The position numbers and the translations under genes were made by a program. A model generated the notes under the pieces. The model saw only the letters and a program-made list of their open reading frames with translations. It was not told the DNA's origin and did not search any database. Shown here in pieces: positions 12,911-24,430 of a stretch of DNA of 64,000 bases. Every line of letters begins with the position of its first letter. The stretch's first letter is position 1. The DNA comes from Psilocybe cubensis (Eukaryota). The DNA is taken from assembly GCA_017499595.2 (NCBI GenBank), contig CM039008.1, forward strand, positions 2,294,001-2,358,000, read 5' to 3'.

Positions 12911-14200
12911 GTCATTGCATGTCCTGTTATCCACCTTTCCTCGTTCGCCAGTCTAAATTCTCCTCGCTCAACATCCCAGGTGTCCCACTTGAACTGAAGA
13001 GGCGACCTTAGGCGCTCGCTGTATACTCTATTCGTCGAACCTGTGTGCATCGCGAGCCCATGGTCAACTCCGAGTGTTCGCCGGCCGACACTCGTTTCAC
13101 GCCCTCAGCATGCGGGACCTTCAGCATCCGATCAATTGCGTTCGACATAAGATGGATATGGATTTTTTTTCATTTATGGCTCACTCGTCTGATTCACAGC
13201 ACATTGTAATCATCATACCATTGCTTGTCTTCCTGTTCAAAGGTTAAACACGTCCTCGCCCTTTATATTTTCTCATCGTATACACATCCATCACATATAT
13301 CCCATTGTCTCATCATTTATCTAGCTTTTATGTATTTTGCACACACATACTTGAATCTACATTATTTTAAATTGTGCATTCACAGACCTGGTGTGAAAGA
13401 TTCAGCCCGCATGTCGATTGTTCTTCCTACACAGCCCTCAGGCAAACCGGAACAACCAAACAACAAGACTCAAGTTAATTATTGTCCAACTTCCTCGCGA
13501 GTACGCGAGTCGCTTAAGCTCGGGCTCCCCCGACTCAAAAACCGCGCGCTTTCCTCTGCTTGAATCCTAGTATCTTTTCACATTCATGGCACGCAAGTTG
13601 AAGGCCGGATCCTCGTCGCGCCGTCAATCTACGCTCATCATGATACGCTCTTGCGCTCCTACTTATGAGCACCTGTAAAAGTAAATTGACTTGGTACCCG
13701 CAACGCCTGGGTACATCCGTCATCTACATAACATGTCCTGATTCTGGGATGGTCTTCCCTCGGGCAACAAGGGCGGCTGAACACCGAGCAGCCGCCTTGT
13801 AACTTGCACCGACTCTGGGAGGTATGTTCATCGCAAGAGGCGATGACGTGGTGCAGCGAGAGATGGGTAAAGTGGAGGTGGAGATGGAAGTAGTAGAAAA
13901 CTTGTCATTTGTACCATACAAGAAAAGCATACATTACCTGGCATGTCACCCCTCCGTTCTCTGAATTCGGTCTGACGAGTGTCGCGCGCTCGACCCAGAT
14001 TCCAGATCCCACAGGTTGAACGTAAACTCTGTATCAAGACACTCTCGGTGGGTTACACCTCAAAATCGGGGCAGAGACGTGGAATAGTATGATTACTTAA
14101 CGAGATATAATTATGGTGGGAGCGATGTTGAGGCCTCCAGGCGTCATTGATATTGAGGTCGAGGTTGAGATTGAGCAGCAGTTCAAGTTCAGTAGTGGTT
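12911..14200 (+). repeat. Segmental duplicate X (downstream flank of the gene family); homologues at 20382-20811 + 47966-48760 and 52860-53860
   Basis: Near-identical stretch AAATTGTGCATTCACAGACCTGGTGTGAAAGATTCAGCC. ...CTCGGGCTC...AAACCGCGCGCTTTCCT... is continuous here but split by the large transposon in the second copy. Confidence 0.85.
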
Positions 14201-14339
14201 CAGAAGAGGCGACGTAGGTCGAGTAGAGGATGATGTTGAGTACGGATCATTGAGGTAGGACCCTTGCACGACAAAGTACACGACTGGCTGCAAAAAAAAA
14301 GGAAAGTCACCTGTTCATGGGCCCATTGATAGCCGTATT

Positions 14340-16560
14340 GCCCAAAGTATTGCCAACTTCGTGGTTGTGCTGGTCGTTTCGTGAGAAGGAGTCAGGAGGA
14401 TTGATAAACACGTGCTGGGAACGGACATAACAGGGACAAATAAGCTTTTTCATTTTTGATTCTTCCCTGCTTTGTGCTCACACCGCTGGCGCTCATACAT
14501 ATTTTCAAAGAAAATAAGACCCAGTAATTATGTTTCCTACATTTTTTTGACGTATTTTATTGGAATATAGGCTTCGGGCTTCCCTAATTGGGTAACCCCG
14601 GACTCTATATACAAGAAAAATACGTCGAAAACCAACAGGAAACATAATTACCGATACATATTTTTCTATCAAATATGTATCAGCGCCAGCAGTGTCAAGT
14701 CCACTCAAAACCAATTCTGCTTTTGTTTCGTTTAACTTTACGTGCTTCTTCCTATGCTATTGAATTGGATCCAGACGTATAGACTTGTAGGAAGCAATAG
14801 TTGGCGCGTTGGGGACCTGAACTCTGGGGAGGGAGAGGAGAACGCCGGAAACTCGAAGGCAGAGGTAAAGTGACTGTGATACGTATTTTGAATCCGATTC
14901 TCCGGATTATTCTATTCAGAAACCCCAGAAACCCTAGAAACCCCATAGAAACCCCCAAAATTCATAAAATCGTTATGAATGTTGTGATGAAGGTGTGATG
15001 AATGTTCAGAATGCCGCTTCGGCGGATTAGGTAGGAGCTTGTATTCTCATGCGGGCCGTTTCATGTGGCCATGTAGGTGCAACTTCGCTCGAAAATGAAA
15101 AAGCAGTAAATGAACAAGGTAAAAGCCTATAAACGTCTGTATAATGTAGTTCTTTGCACCTGACACCACTACTATTCTCTCTAGTACTATCTTTTGTATC
15201 TTATAGTACTCTGGATGCCCTACCTTGGTGTTCATAAACATCAAATATGACATCCCTTCCAATAAATAACCATTAAACGACTTGAAAGTTCACTGAATGG
15301 GTTTTATGAGTTTCATTGGCACTATGGCTTGCATTAGAGGCGTTATCGTACAGGAATTGAACCATTGAATATATTTACATGAAGACGATCAACTATTGAT
15401 TCAAAAGCAACGACGACGGCACGACACGGCAGACCAGCAAAGCTAGGTCGGACCTTAAACCTCCCATACATGTTCAAGCAGGGGTTTAGAATGTTGCTTC
15501 GAGGACTATTCAGAAACCCCTGGGGTTTCTAGGGGTTTCTAGGGGTTTCTAGGGTTTCTGAATAGAATAATCCCGATTCTCCAGTCAAGTTGATCATTCT
15601 AACTCTTTTTTTGTACTTTGCCTACCCATCGAGGGTGATGTCGCGTTGTGCGTGACTTGACTGTCCGACGCGGATAAGATTTTTGACAGGGGTCATTATG
15701 CAGGTGGCGGTTTGACTTGACGAGAGCTAAAAGGATTTGCAACCTCGGACTGTGATATCATATCGCGTTGACTCACTTTCTGAAATACAAGCCGAATCAG
15801 ACTGTCTGTTGTTGCTGTTTTGGCAAACGTCGACTGAGCTTCTGCTCCGCGCTTTCGCTTTCGCTTTCTTCTTGATTCCCACAGAGAAAGAGAAAGAGAC
15901 ATGTGTGTGACACGCTGTATCATACCGATGGTGTAACCCCTGCTACCCCTACCTCATAGCGGTCAGCAGCTCAGCAGCCGCCAGATTTATCCTGCTGACT
16001 GCTCGGTGCACTCTGTCTTCAAGCCACTTTGTTTGGCGTCTCTATCGACATCACCTGTGCTATCCATGCATGGCATTTTGCTGCCATTTCGCGTTGGCGG
16101 TGGCGAGTCCCATATTTCCGCAATTACGTTCTTTTTTTTGTCTGTTAGTACTTTGGGACTGGGTAATCTCGCCGAGTTAGTGCTATGCCACCCCCAACGA
16201 GTACCATGACGTGAGGGAGTGCGCGTACGCGTCCCTGTATGGCTGGGTGGGCCGGATGCGCACCCTGTGTCCGCGTCCTACACTCGCTCTGCTTCCCCTA
16301 GCCCATGTTTTTTTTCTTGCGCTTGTTTTGTGCTGGATTTGTTATATGTGCAGTTTCATTTAATTTCCTTGGGTCGCAGGCGGTCTGGATCTCGGAGCCT
16401 GGAGGCATATCAGAGCTTTACAACACGCATATATGCGCCCTCTGGATACCGGAACCATCAATATTATTCTCCATCTTTGAGAGGGTGACATCGCTCTCGA
16501 CAAACGCTCTTGACCGGCTGGGGTTATCCTACGCACAGAGAGTCGAAGAGGATGGATTTA
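14340..16560 (+). repeat. Segmental duplicate Z, copy 2 (contains a MITE)
   Basis: Collinear with 8276-9460 once 14904-15573 and one other insert are removed. Confidence 0.8.
14904..15573. mobile_element. 670-bp Mutator-like MITE, 9-bp TSD
   Basis: TIRs GGATTATTCTATTCAGAAACCC / GGGTTTCTGAATAGAATAATCC with AGAAACCCC subrepeats. TSD CGATTCTCC at 14895-14903 and 15574-15582. The element is absent from the paralogous site at ~8640. Confidence 0.88.
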
Positions 16561-17644
16561 CACCTCCTGATCTCAGACGACGACGACGACGCTAATGCGA
16601 ACCGTGATGCTGAGTTGAAGCGTGGGCAGATACTGATGAAATGGTGCATTTTACACGTTGAATGAAACACACACCACTGACCATTCGAAATGTTGGACAT
16701 GTTCTACTGCTGGAATTGGGTGTTTCTACTCTAAAAATTACCGAAGTGTCCTTAGCCAATTTGTGTTGCGATAGTGGGGCGGGATGGATTGATGAACACC
16801 GGGCTGATGCATTGTTATCACATCTTGACTAGGACGCGCGCACCCGTGCCTGCGCGTGGGTGTATCGGTGCTAATGGTGAACGCAGCGCAAAGGCATTCG
16901 ATTCAAAATTCGCAGCTGTGTGTCTCCCCAGCGCCTTTGTCTTCCGCCTCGACAACAATGTATGTAGGCGGGTAGGCGGAAACGCCGGTGAACGAGAACG
17001 GTGGTGGGAATGCGAAATCCCAATTGGTCACTGCTCACCCCGCCGTCCAAGCTGTTACATGTCGCATTGGTGCTTGCGGCGAGTGTGTAGGTCCCATTTT
17101 TGATACTGTGTGATGTGCGCGCGCCCTCTCTTATTTTTTAATCTTCTCTATCGGATTTCTTGCAATGAATTATATCTTCAGTGAGATTGCAGTTACATGT
17201 GGTTTTGCATATTACTTGACAGGGATTCTACAGCAATTTTGGCGAGGAGACGTTCAAAAGAAAATATTGAACCACTTACATTATTTCTTCTGGCAGTGGT
17301 TCAACATTCAAGTCAATGTGCATTTACGAGCCTGAGAACAGGAGACTGTGTGATCAAATGAGTGTTAAGATCTAAGCAGCCGAACGAAGAGTGTAACATA
17401 TTTCTATAGTACACGTACGACGAGCCATAAATGTGTTTAAAATACCAAAAAAGATCATCGTCAAACATATTCAGAGTGTAGATGCAAACTGCGGACAAGG
17501 ACGGTGATATATTTCAATTGAGGAATGCCCTGGAGAATGGTACCACACTGACCATTCCTGATTCTAGTTTCTAAAATATTCAACATTGAGATATTATCGT
17601 GAGTCTGATGAACTCGGTGGCGTGGACATTAAAATTGAATCGCT

Positions 17645-18380
17645 TACGAGATCTACTTCTGTGCGTTCTTGTACGCCTTCAACTCTTCTTCTAGCGCTTT
17701 AACTCTCGCTTCTGCTTGTTCAGCCCTCACCTCGGCCTCAACTTGATTCTTGTTGTGTCTTTCTTGAACCTTGAGGAAAAGTCATGATCAAGTCCCAAAT
17801 GTCAGACAAAAAGTATAACACATACCTCGGCCTCGAAGTTTTCGAGATCAACACGGTAATCATCAATGACGGACAATATGGTTTCGATAGGTGGCGGAGA
17901 GAACAAGGGTATGCCAGTGCGCTTCCAGATTTCATAACGGACCCGCATAACAGTTTCATGAGGATGATAAAGCTCCTTGAGAATGGTGTAAAGCATGCCC
18001 GAGAAATGGTAGCGATTGGCGTCCCATAAATGGTATTGCGATTGCAGTCCGTGCAAGGTGTTTGCGAGCACCGCGATTTGGTACACGGATGGTTGTTCTT
18101 GGGTCACATTTGTTGAGTCACCAGTTGCTTCGCTTTTGAAATCAAGTGAGCGCATGCATACTTCGCTGCGGCGCGGACCGTTTCTGGCGCATGTAACAGT
18201 ATCGAGAGCGTCCCCTTCCTTTAATAAATAATGACATGAAGACGAATGGGGCGAGCTTGAGGAGGTGTTGCTTGATAGTTGTCTTTGGCCATTTTGAGGC
18301 GAACTCGGAGGATGCAAACTTGTTGTACTCGAAGCCGGTACCTCAGCGTCAGATTGAATTTTCTCCGCCAGTCAATGCTG
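17645..18380 (-). pseudogene. 5'-truncated permuted-papain-like family copy D (NC replaced by NR)
   Basis: ORF 17802-18317 has DTVTC...PSVYQIAVLA...YHLWDANRYHFSG. The intron is at the same position as in other copies, and a short coiled-coil exon (ARVKALEEELKAYKN) follows. The His half was not found. Confidence 0.75.
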
Positions 18381-18620
18381 GTGTTGGTCCCAGAATTATG
18401 TCATAAAACTCTGGAGAGTAACCGGTCATATCATTGTAACCCCTGCAGTGGTAACACAACGGCGATGGCCATGGGTCACCTCTGTGGCACACTGTCACGC
18501 ATTGCAGATGTCTTGATTTCGTTCTGCAAAGCGGTGCCAACTCCCACTAAGACCCCTCGGACATTGCATTAGCGTTTGCCTTCCATACACAGACCTGAAG
18601 TCAGCCACCAACCGTACGCG

Positions 18621-20381
18621 ATGAAATTCTCCCTCAAAAGCTACTTGTCCTCCTTCGTTAACCGTATCCACCCTTTTTTCAAAATGTCGTTGAAGGCCAA
18701 GCCACAGACATACCCAGAACTCGTCCCCGAAAGGGAGATGGATGTGAAAGCATACCTGGCGCATCTCATCGAGGCCTATGGTGGGCGTTCCAAAGAAGAC
18801 ATGACGGCGTTACGTGTGGTGAAGGTATCACTGATGAAGAATATCAAGGCTACTTCAGCGCACGAATCCCTCCTGGTGGAACTCAGGGACCCTAAAGGAG
18901 AAACACACTTTCTGTACTTCGAACGAGGACGAGAGGACGAAGGTAACAGGCCCTGGTCGTTGAATACGGCGCAACCACAGCCTAACACTGAGTATTTGTC
19001 TGTGCATCCAACACGCTTCCCTTTGAGTCCAAGATCCCCCAAGCACCAGGGAAGACACAACTCGCTATTTCCCAAAAGGTCAAAGTCATTGAACAAAATG
19101 TTGTCTTCGTTGAGAACCTCATCCTCTGGTTCTTCAATGCCACCCTCTAGTTTTTCAATGCCATCCTCTAGTTCTTCAATGACATCCTCCATTTCTTCCA
19201 GGCCCCGGGAAGCTCCCCTAGGGGCGTATCGACTTTTCGCGGATTTGAGACCTGAGAAAATAGCATTTTACTGTCCGTTTTTCGCGGATTTGAGAGGTCC
19301 GGAGGCCTACCTTTGACCGGGGCACTGCGGATTTGAGGAGAATAATCTGCATGGGCGGCTGGTCTGGCCGGCAAATAGGGCGCGCTGCCAAATATGGACA
19401 AAAATTAGTTTCCTTGTGAGGACATAAACGCTTTCTGACTGCCAAAAACAGAAGAACAGTGAAAAAGACTGCTTGAAAAAAGCTGTAGAATTTTTTGCGC
19501 CTTTTTTTTTGCTCCTTTGACTCCGTCTGAGGGGGAGAGAAATTACCTAAATAGGAAGGTCTTGGCAAAATGACCGTCCGGTTTCGCGGATTGGAGACCC
19601 AAAATCTCGCGGATTTCAGACAAATATTTTGGGTCCGGTGGGGATACGCCTGTAGGGGAGCTTCCCGGGGCCTTTTCTTCCAGCACATTGGATGGAAGGG
19701 CATCTGATACTGTTACATTGGCTCCCAGAGGCCAGCGCTCAGGTGAAGAATGCATGTGCCACCTAGAATTCGAGAATGATGGTACTGGCAACCTCCAACG
19801 CACCCCTGACAAACGACCATCTGTCTACAATATTGCACTAATTGCAAACATCCTGAACAAGAAGGGACCACGGTATCACCTGTGGAATAGCAACTGCTTC
19901 CACTTTGCAGGTCTTTTCTACGACACACTTAAAAAGCTTTATACTCCAAGTGAAACTGTGTTTAGGGTTCTTGATGGAAAGTGGAGAGCTCTCGCTTTGT
20001 ATGTTGGGAATCCGGAGGCACAAATCATGTCCGTAATTGAGGATTATCATGATGCTCTACATGAGTTTGAAGCAGAGGTATGTGTCACAATTTTCACAAT
20101 TTTATTTGTTGTTTGGAACTCCATACTGACTTTTGGTCAAGATTGCAGAACACCACTTGGCCAAGGACAAGAAAAGGAGGGAGGCTGAAGAGCATGCTGA
20201 GCGTGAGGCAGAGCAGAGGCAACGGGCCGAAGAGCGTGCTGAGCGTGAGGCAGAGCAGAGGCAACGGGCCGAAGAGCATGCTGAACATGAGGCACAGCAG
20301 AGGCAAGAGGTGGAGGCAAGGTTCAAGGAATTAGAAGAGGAGCTGAAAAAGTACAAGAACATGCACAAGGAGATTCTATAA
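18621..20381 (+). pseudogene. Permuted-papain-like family copy B, interrupted by a MITE
   Basis: MKFSLKSY...AHESLLVEL... (18621-19199) and ...YHLWNSNCFHFA... (19682-20077) rejoin in frame when the 482-bp insert plus one TSD is removed. Intron 20078-20141 is followed by a coiled-coil exon. Confidence 0.85.
19200..19673. mobile_element. ~474-bp MITE with ~31-bp TIRs and 8-bp (or 9-bp) TSD
   Basis: Ends are AGGCCCCGGGAAGCTCCCCTAGGGGCGTATC ... GATACGCCTGTAGGGGAGCTTCCCGGGGCCT. TTTCTTCC(A) is duplicated at 19192 and 19674. Internal repeats of TTCGCGGATT. Confidence 0.9.
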
Positions 20382-20811
20382 GTCATTCCATGGCCTCTTG
20401 TCCACCTTTCCTCTTTTGCCAGTCTAAATTTTCCTTGCTCAACACATCCCAGGCATCCCGCTTGAATTGAATATGCAACCTTAGTCGGAGCCTTGCCACA
20501 TTGCCCTTGTAATTCACTCATCTTCCTGTTTGGAGGTTACACACGTCCTCGGCCTCTATATTTTCTCATTGCATACACATCCATTACACATATCCCATTG
20601 TCTCATCATTTATCTAGCTTTTATGTATTTTGCACGCACATACTTGAATTTACATTTTTTAAATTGTGCATTCACAGACCTGGTGTGAAAGATTCAGCCT
20701 GTATGTCGATTGTTCTTCCTACACCACTCCTGGGAGAACTGGAACAACCAATCAACAAGACTCAAGTTAATTAGTATTGTCCAACTTCCTCGCAAGTATG
20801 CGAGTCTCTTC

Positions 20812-21129
20812 CACATAAGACAGTTTATTTATAATGTACATTACCTAAGATTTAATAATAAGGATATTACGTGAGACACGGTGGATTTACTTCCGCTACC
20901 TAATTAGGAGATTAGCGTGATGTACATGTGATTTAGCCTGGCAAATCATAGCGTACATGACGTGCCATTTAGCGCTAAATGGAGCCGCCGGGTGGCCTGC
21001 GGGATCCGCGCGTCTACCTACACGGAAGAAACACGGGCCGGAAATGAGCCGGACGGGTCCATTTGCATCCCGTGTATTGCAAGCAGACGGATCCGCTTGA
21101 CCCGTGTTGTGCTGTCAGACGGACCCATT
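20812..21129 (+). repeat. Left TIR (318 bp)
   Basis: Reverse complement of 47648-47965 with 2 mismatches seen (20835, 20926). Contains the palindrome CCATTTAGCGCTAAATGG at 20965-20982. Confidence 0.96.
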
Positions 21130-21254
21130 CATCCATCCGCTTCTGTATTCCGACAAATATCCGCCTTGAATCGTACATTGGATGACCGTTAATATATGTA
21201 ATAAGGTGTATAGATTATACTGGCAGCAAATTCCTTTCCACATACCCTGATAGT

Positions 21255-22534
21255 ATGGATTATGCCTTTGAGCTAACCCAATCCCTCTCAAACTACATGA
21301 AGGCAAAGATAGCTAGTCGTCTTTGGCATGCAGAACTGCCTAATCAAATCCGGGAAAACTTCAGTGCTGAGACCATGTTTGAGTGCAATCTAGCTGTGGA
21401 GGTGATTTTGCAGGCATTTGAAAATCAAGGTATGCAATCAATAAGCTTTGAAAATTGAGATTAAATAATGTGTGAATGGCAGAATATACGACGTGGGATG
21501 CAGAAGAATATTTGACTCATCTCAGTGCACGTTGCACGGGTCAGAATTCTACCGTTGAGGCTCGCCTGAAAGACAAGTTTTCTCTGGTGCATTCCGCGTT
21601 ACAGTACCAAACCCTGCCCGGAACTGTGGTCGATAGTGCAGGCAACATATTGGTGTGGTACCTGCCAGGTATTTTGTCAGAGACAAGGGTGGTGAGTTTT
21701 AGAAACAGACCAATTAATTCATATATTATGCTTTCTAAAGAGTAACAGGAGAGTGTGTGGAATTCATTACGGGATATTGAAACAATGATTCACAAGGCGG
21801 TACCTTTGGCCACAAGCTGGAGGGTCAATGACAGTTACTTTCGACATGAGCCAGGTTGGGTTCAACCTGGAAATATTAACTTCTCCCCGGCATGGTTTCA
21901 GCAAGGCCATGAGGTGAGAAACTTGTATGCTAATTATTATACTGCCTCATATTTTCCTCAGACGTCCAACCCGCTTGAGGTCTCCTTGGACTTGTGTAAT
22001 CCAATTGGACAGGAGTTTATACGAGACATGACGACATCTTCGGCTTTGCTGGGAGCCATCTTGAGCATTATACATCCCGAGCAGTACTGGGCGGGAATGA
22101 AATTTCTTCAACGGCTTGCTGCGGAACCGGAGCTTGTCCATAAGGCTGAAATATTGAAGCAAATTCTCACAATTTGGAGTTCGCCCTTTGGAGTCATGAC
22201 CGTGATCAGCAACCGAGATACACCATACCATCGGGATAATGGGTCGTGCTACTCATGGTACGATTTTTTGATGCCGCTTGGGAAGGGTGAACACGGACGG
22301 CTTGAGCTTCCGGGCCTTGGACTTCGGTACAAGTATGATCCCATGACCCTTGTTGCAATTACCGGCAGGTTGCTTCAACACGGCGCGGTGTGCGAGGGAG
22401 ATAGGGCAGTCATAGTCTATTACATGCGTAGGACTGTATTTAAAGAGCTGGGAGTCCAAGAGGCGGGATGGTCTACTACGTACAATCTTTTTGCAAATTT
22501 ACCGGCCACCAACACTTTTGATTTTGAAATATGA
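21255..22534 (+). CDS. TET/JBP-family 2-oxoglutarate/Fe(II) dioxygenase (~373 aa, 4 exons)
   Basis: Exons 21255-21429, 21483-21691, 21749-21913 and 21962-22534 splice in frame. Motifs: HxD (TPYHRDNG), distal His (LLQHGA) and Rx5-aromatic (GDRAVIVYYMR). Confidence 0.9.
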
Positions 22535-22624
22535 TCAGTTTTTGACTTGGAAGTTGGGTTTGGGGAAGATTTTTTTATATTTCCAAACCAAAACAGTACG
22601 AAAGCTACAGCACAACCAGAATTC

Positions 22625-22900
22625 TCTGTCCCAGGGTGTTTCCGACGCGCCCGCGCTAAGCTCTTCCAAGGTTACCAGAATCATCGGACTCCGCTGTCGT
22701 ATTACCGGCGGAAAAGGCATCATCCGCCTCCTCTTCGATGTCCTGTGCGAGAGGTGGGCAACTAAGATTCCTCATCCCAGGGTGTTTCCGACACGTCCTC
22801 GCTAAGCTCTTCCGAGTTACCGGAAGCATCTGACTCCTCCGTCGTATCACCGGCGGAAGACTCCTCATCCGCCTCCTCTTCAAAGTCCTGTGCGAGATGC
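22625..22900 (-). repeat. ~135-bp degenerate tandem duplication of an acidic C-terminal segment
   Basis: LAQDFEEEADEESSAGDTT...SETPWDEES is followed, after the stop, by LAQDIEEEADDAFSAGNTT...SETPWDRE. Confidence 0.8.
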
Positions 22901-24386
22901 TCTAAAAACGTAGCTGGTGTAGAGGATTCAGTGGTATCGGACGTACTATCAATATCATCCTCTTCTCCCGGGAAAACAGGTCTTGACCTTGCGTTAAAAA
23001 GGAAGGCATTGCTGGTGTGTGCATTTGACGGAGGGCTGACGGAACCGGGCGTAGGCAGAGTATCTGTTGGGAGATGAATATTTGCAGTGTTGGAGGGTGG
23101 CGAATGATACCAGAGTGGATGAAAAGGTAGTTCCTTGACGGCAATAAAAGAATAAAAAATGTCGTTGATGTAAAATGAAGCGACTTTGAGCTTTGAGACC
23201 TCGAAGGACCGGGCTTGAGCCGTTATAGCGCCCCAACTGTTAGGAGAAGGGTGAACGGGATGCTGAAATTTGTATTTGGCTGAAAGCCCCTTGCCGTTAG
23301 AGAACGGGAGCTCCTTAGAGTCAATCCACATCTTCTCCAATACAGAATATCTGCCCAAGGCGGCCGAAGAAGTAGTCACTGCTTTATGGGCATTCTTCAT
23401 TTTGTCCGCCACATTCCGGCGCAGGTGAGCCAACTCCCTCATTACGCCCGTTAGGATAGGCTGACCGCAGCGGGGACAGTAGGGCGGTCTGTGGTCAGAA
23501 ATTGCAATTGGGGATGTTTCATCCCGCGTGTTTGCAACACGGGTCGGCGGATTGGGTTTCCCCGTGGGCGGTGAAAACGCGGAGCCGTGCTTTCCCGTCA
23601 ACGCGGATCCGTGCTTCCCTGAGGTGGGGACGGATGTCCGTTCAGCCACCTTTCCCTTGCCCTTGGGATTGTTTTCTTGATTTCTTGGAGGCCCAGAGGT
23701 GGATGAACTTGCGCCCTCCTTAGCTTCTTTCCTCTGATTATTTAGCCGGAGTACCTCTTGTTGGTATTCAGGCAGAACCACCTGGTGGGAAGGATGCAAA
23801 TCAGATATAATCCACAGCAATAAAAAAACATACCTTGTTCCAAAATTCTCTTGCTTGGGATTCAACGGTAACAAAGGCAACTTGCCACTCATCGCCTTCA
23901 GCAAATCCGTCCCTCCACCAATATCCCCAGCTCTTGGTCTGATTTAAAATTTCATCATCTTCCCATGCTGACCAGCTTTGATTTAGAGATTCAAATAAAA
24001 CAGCTCGATGGTGGGGAGTTCAGTTCAAAATGGCATGTACGCTCTGATTGAGAATTTCTGATATAAAAAATGGAATATCGACTTTGAATCCATTGACATA
24101 GCAGTATCCGAGTACTCTCAGCAGTATAGCCTGACGACCAGTTCTCAATACAAGATATAATCGTTCAAAATTACTGTCTTACCACCTCCAGGTCAAGCAA
24201 ATACATCCATTTTTGGCGACGCACGGAGGAAACAGAGTCTTCGTTTGCAATGAACAAACGGTATCTGGCACGGATCCGTGCACCACAAATATGGACATGA
24301 ACTTTGGCCAGAGCACGTCGCTCATCATAGGTAAGGAGATGATGTTTGTCCTCGACAGGAGGTTTAAAAAGCCGCGGTAAGTGCAT
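22762..24386 (-). CDS. Unknown multi-exon cargo protein (Trp-rich N-part, CPRC motif, acidic tail)
   Basis: Exon pieces MHLPRLFKPP...WMYLLDLE and AWEDDEILNQTKSWGYWWRDG...EFWNK, then the long ORF from VVLPEYQQE to the stop at 22762. The exon structure is approximate. Confidence 0.55.
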
Positions 24387-24430
24387 GAATTCAACGAGAT
24401 GGGATACAACAAGAATGTTCAAAGAACTGG

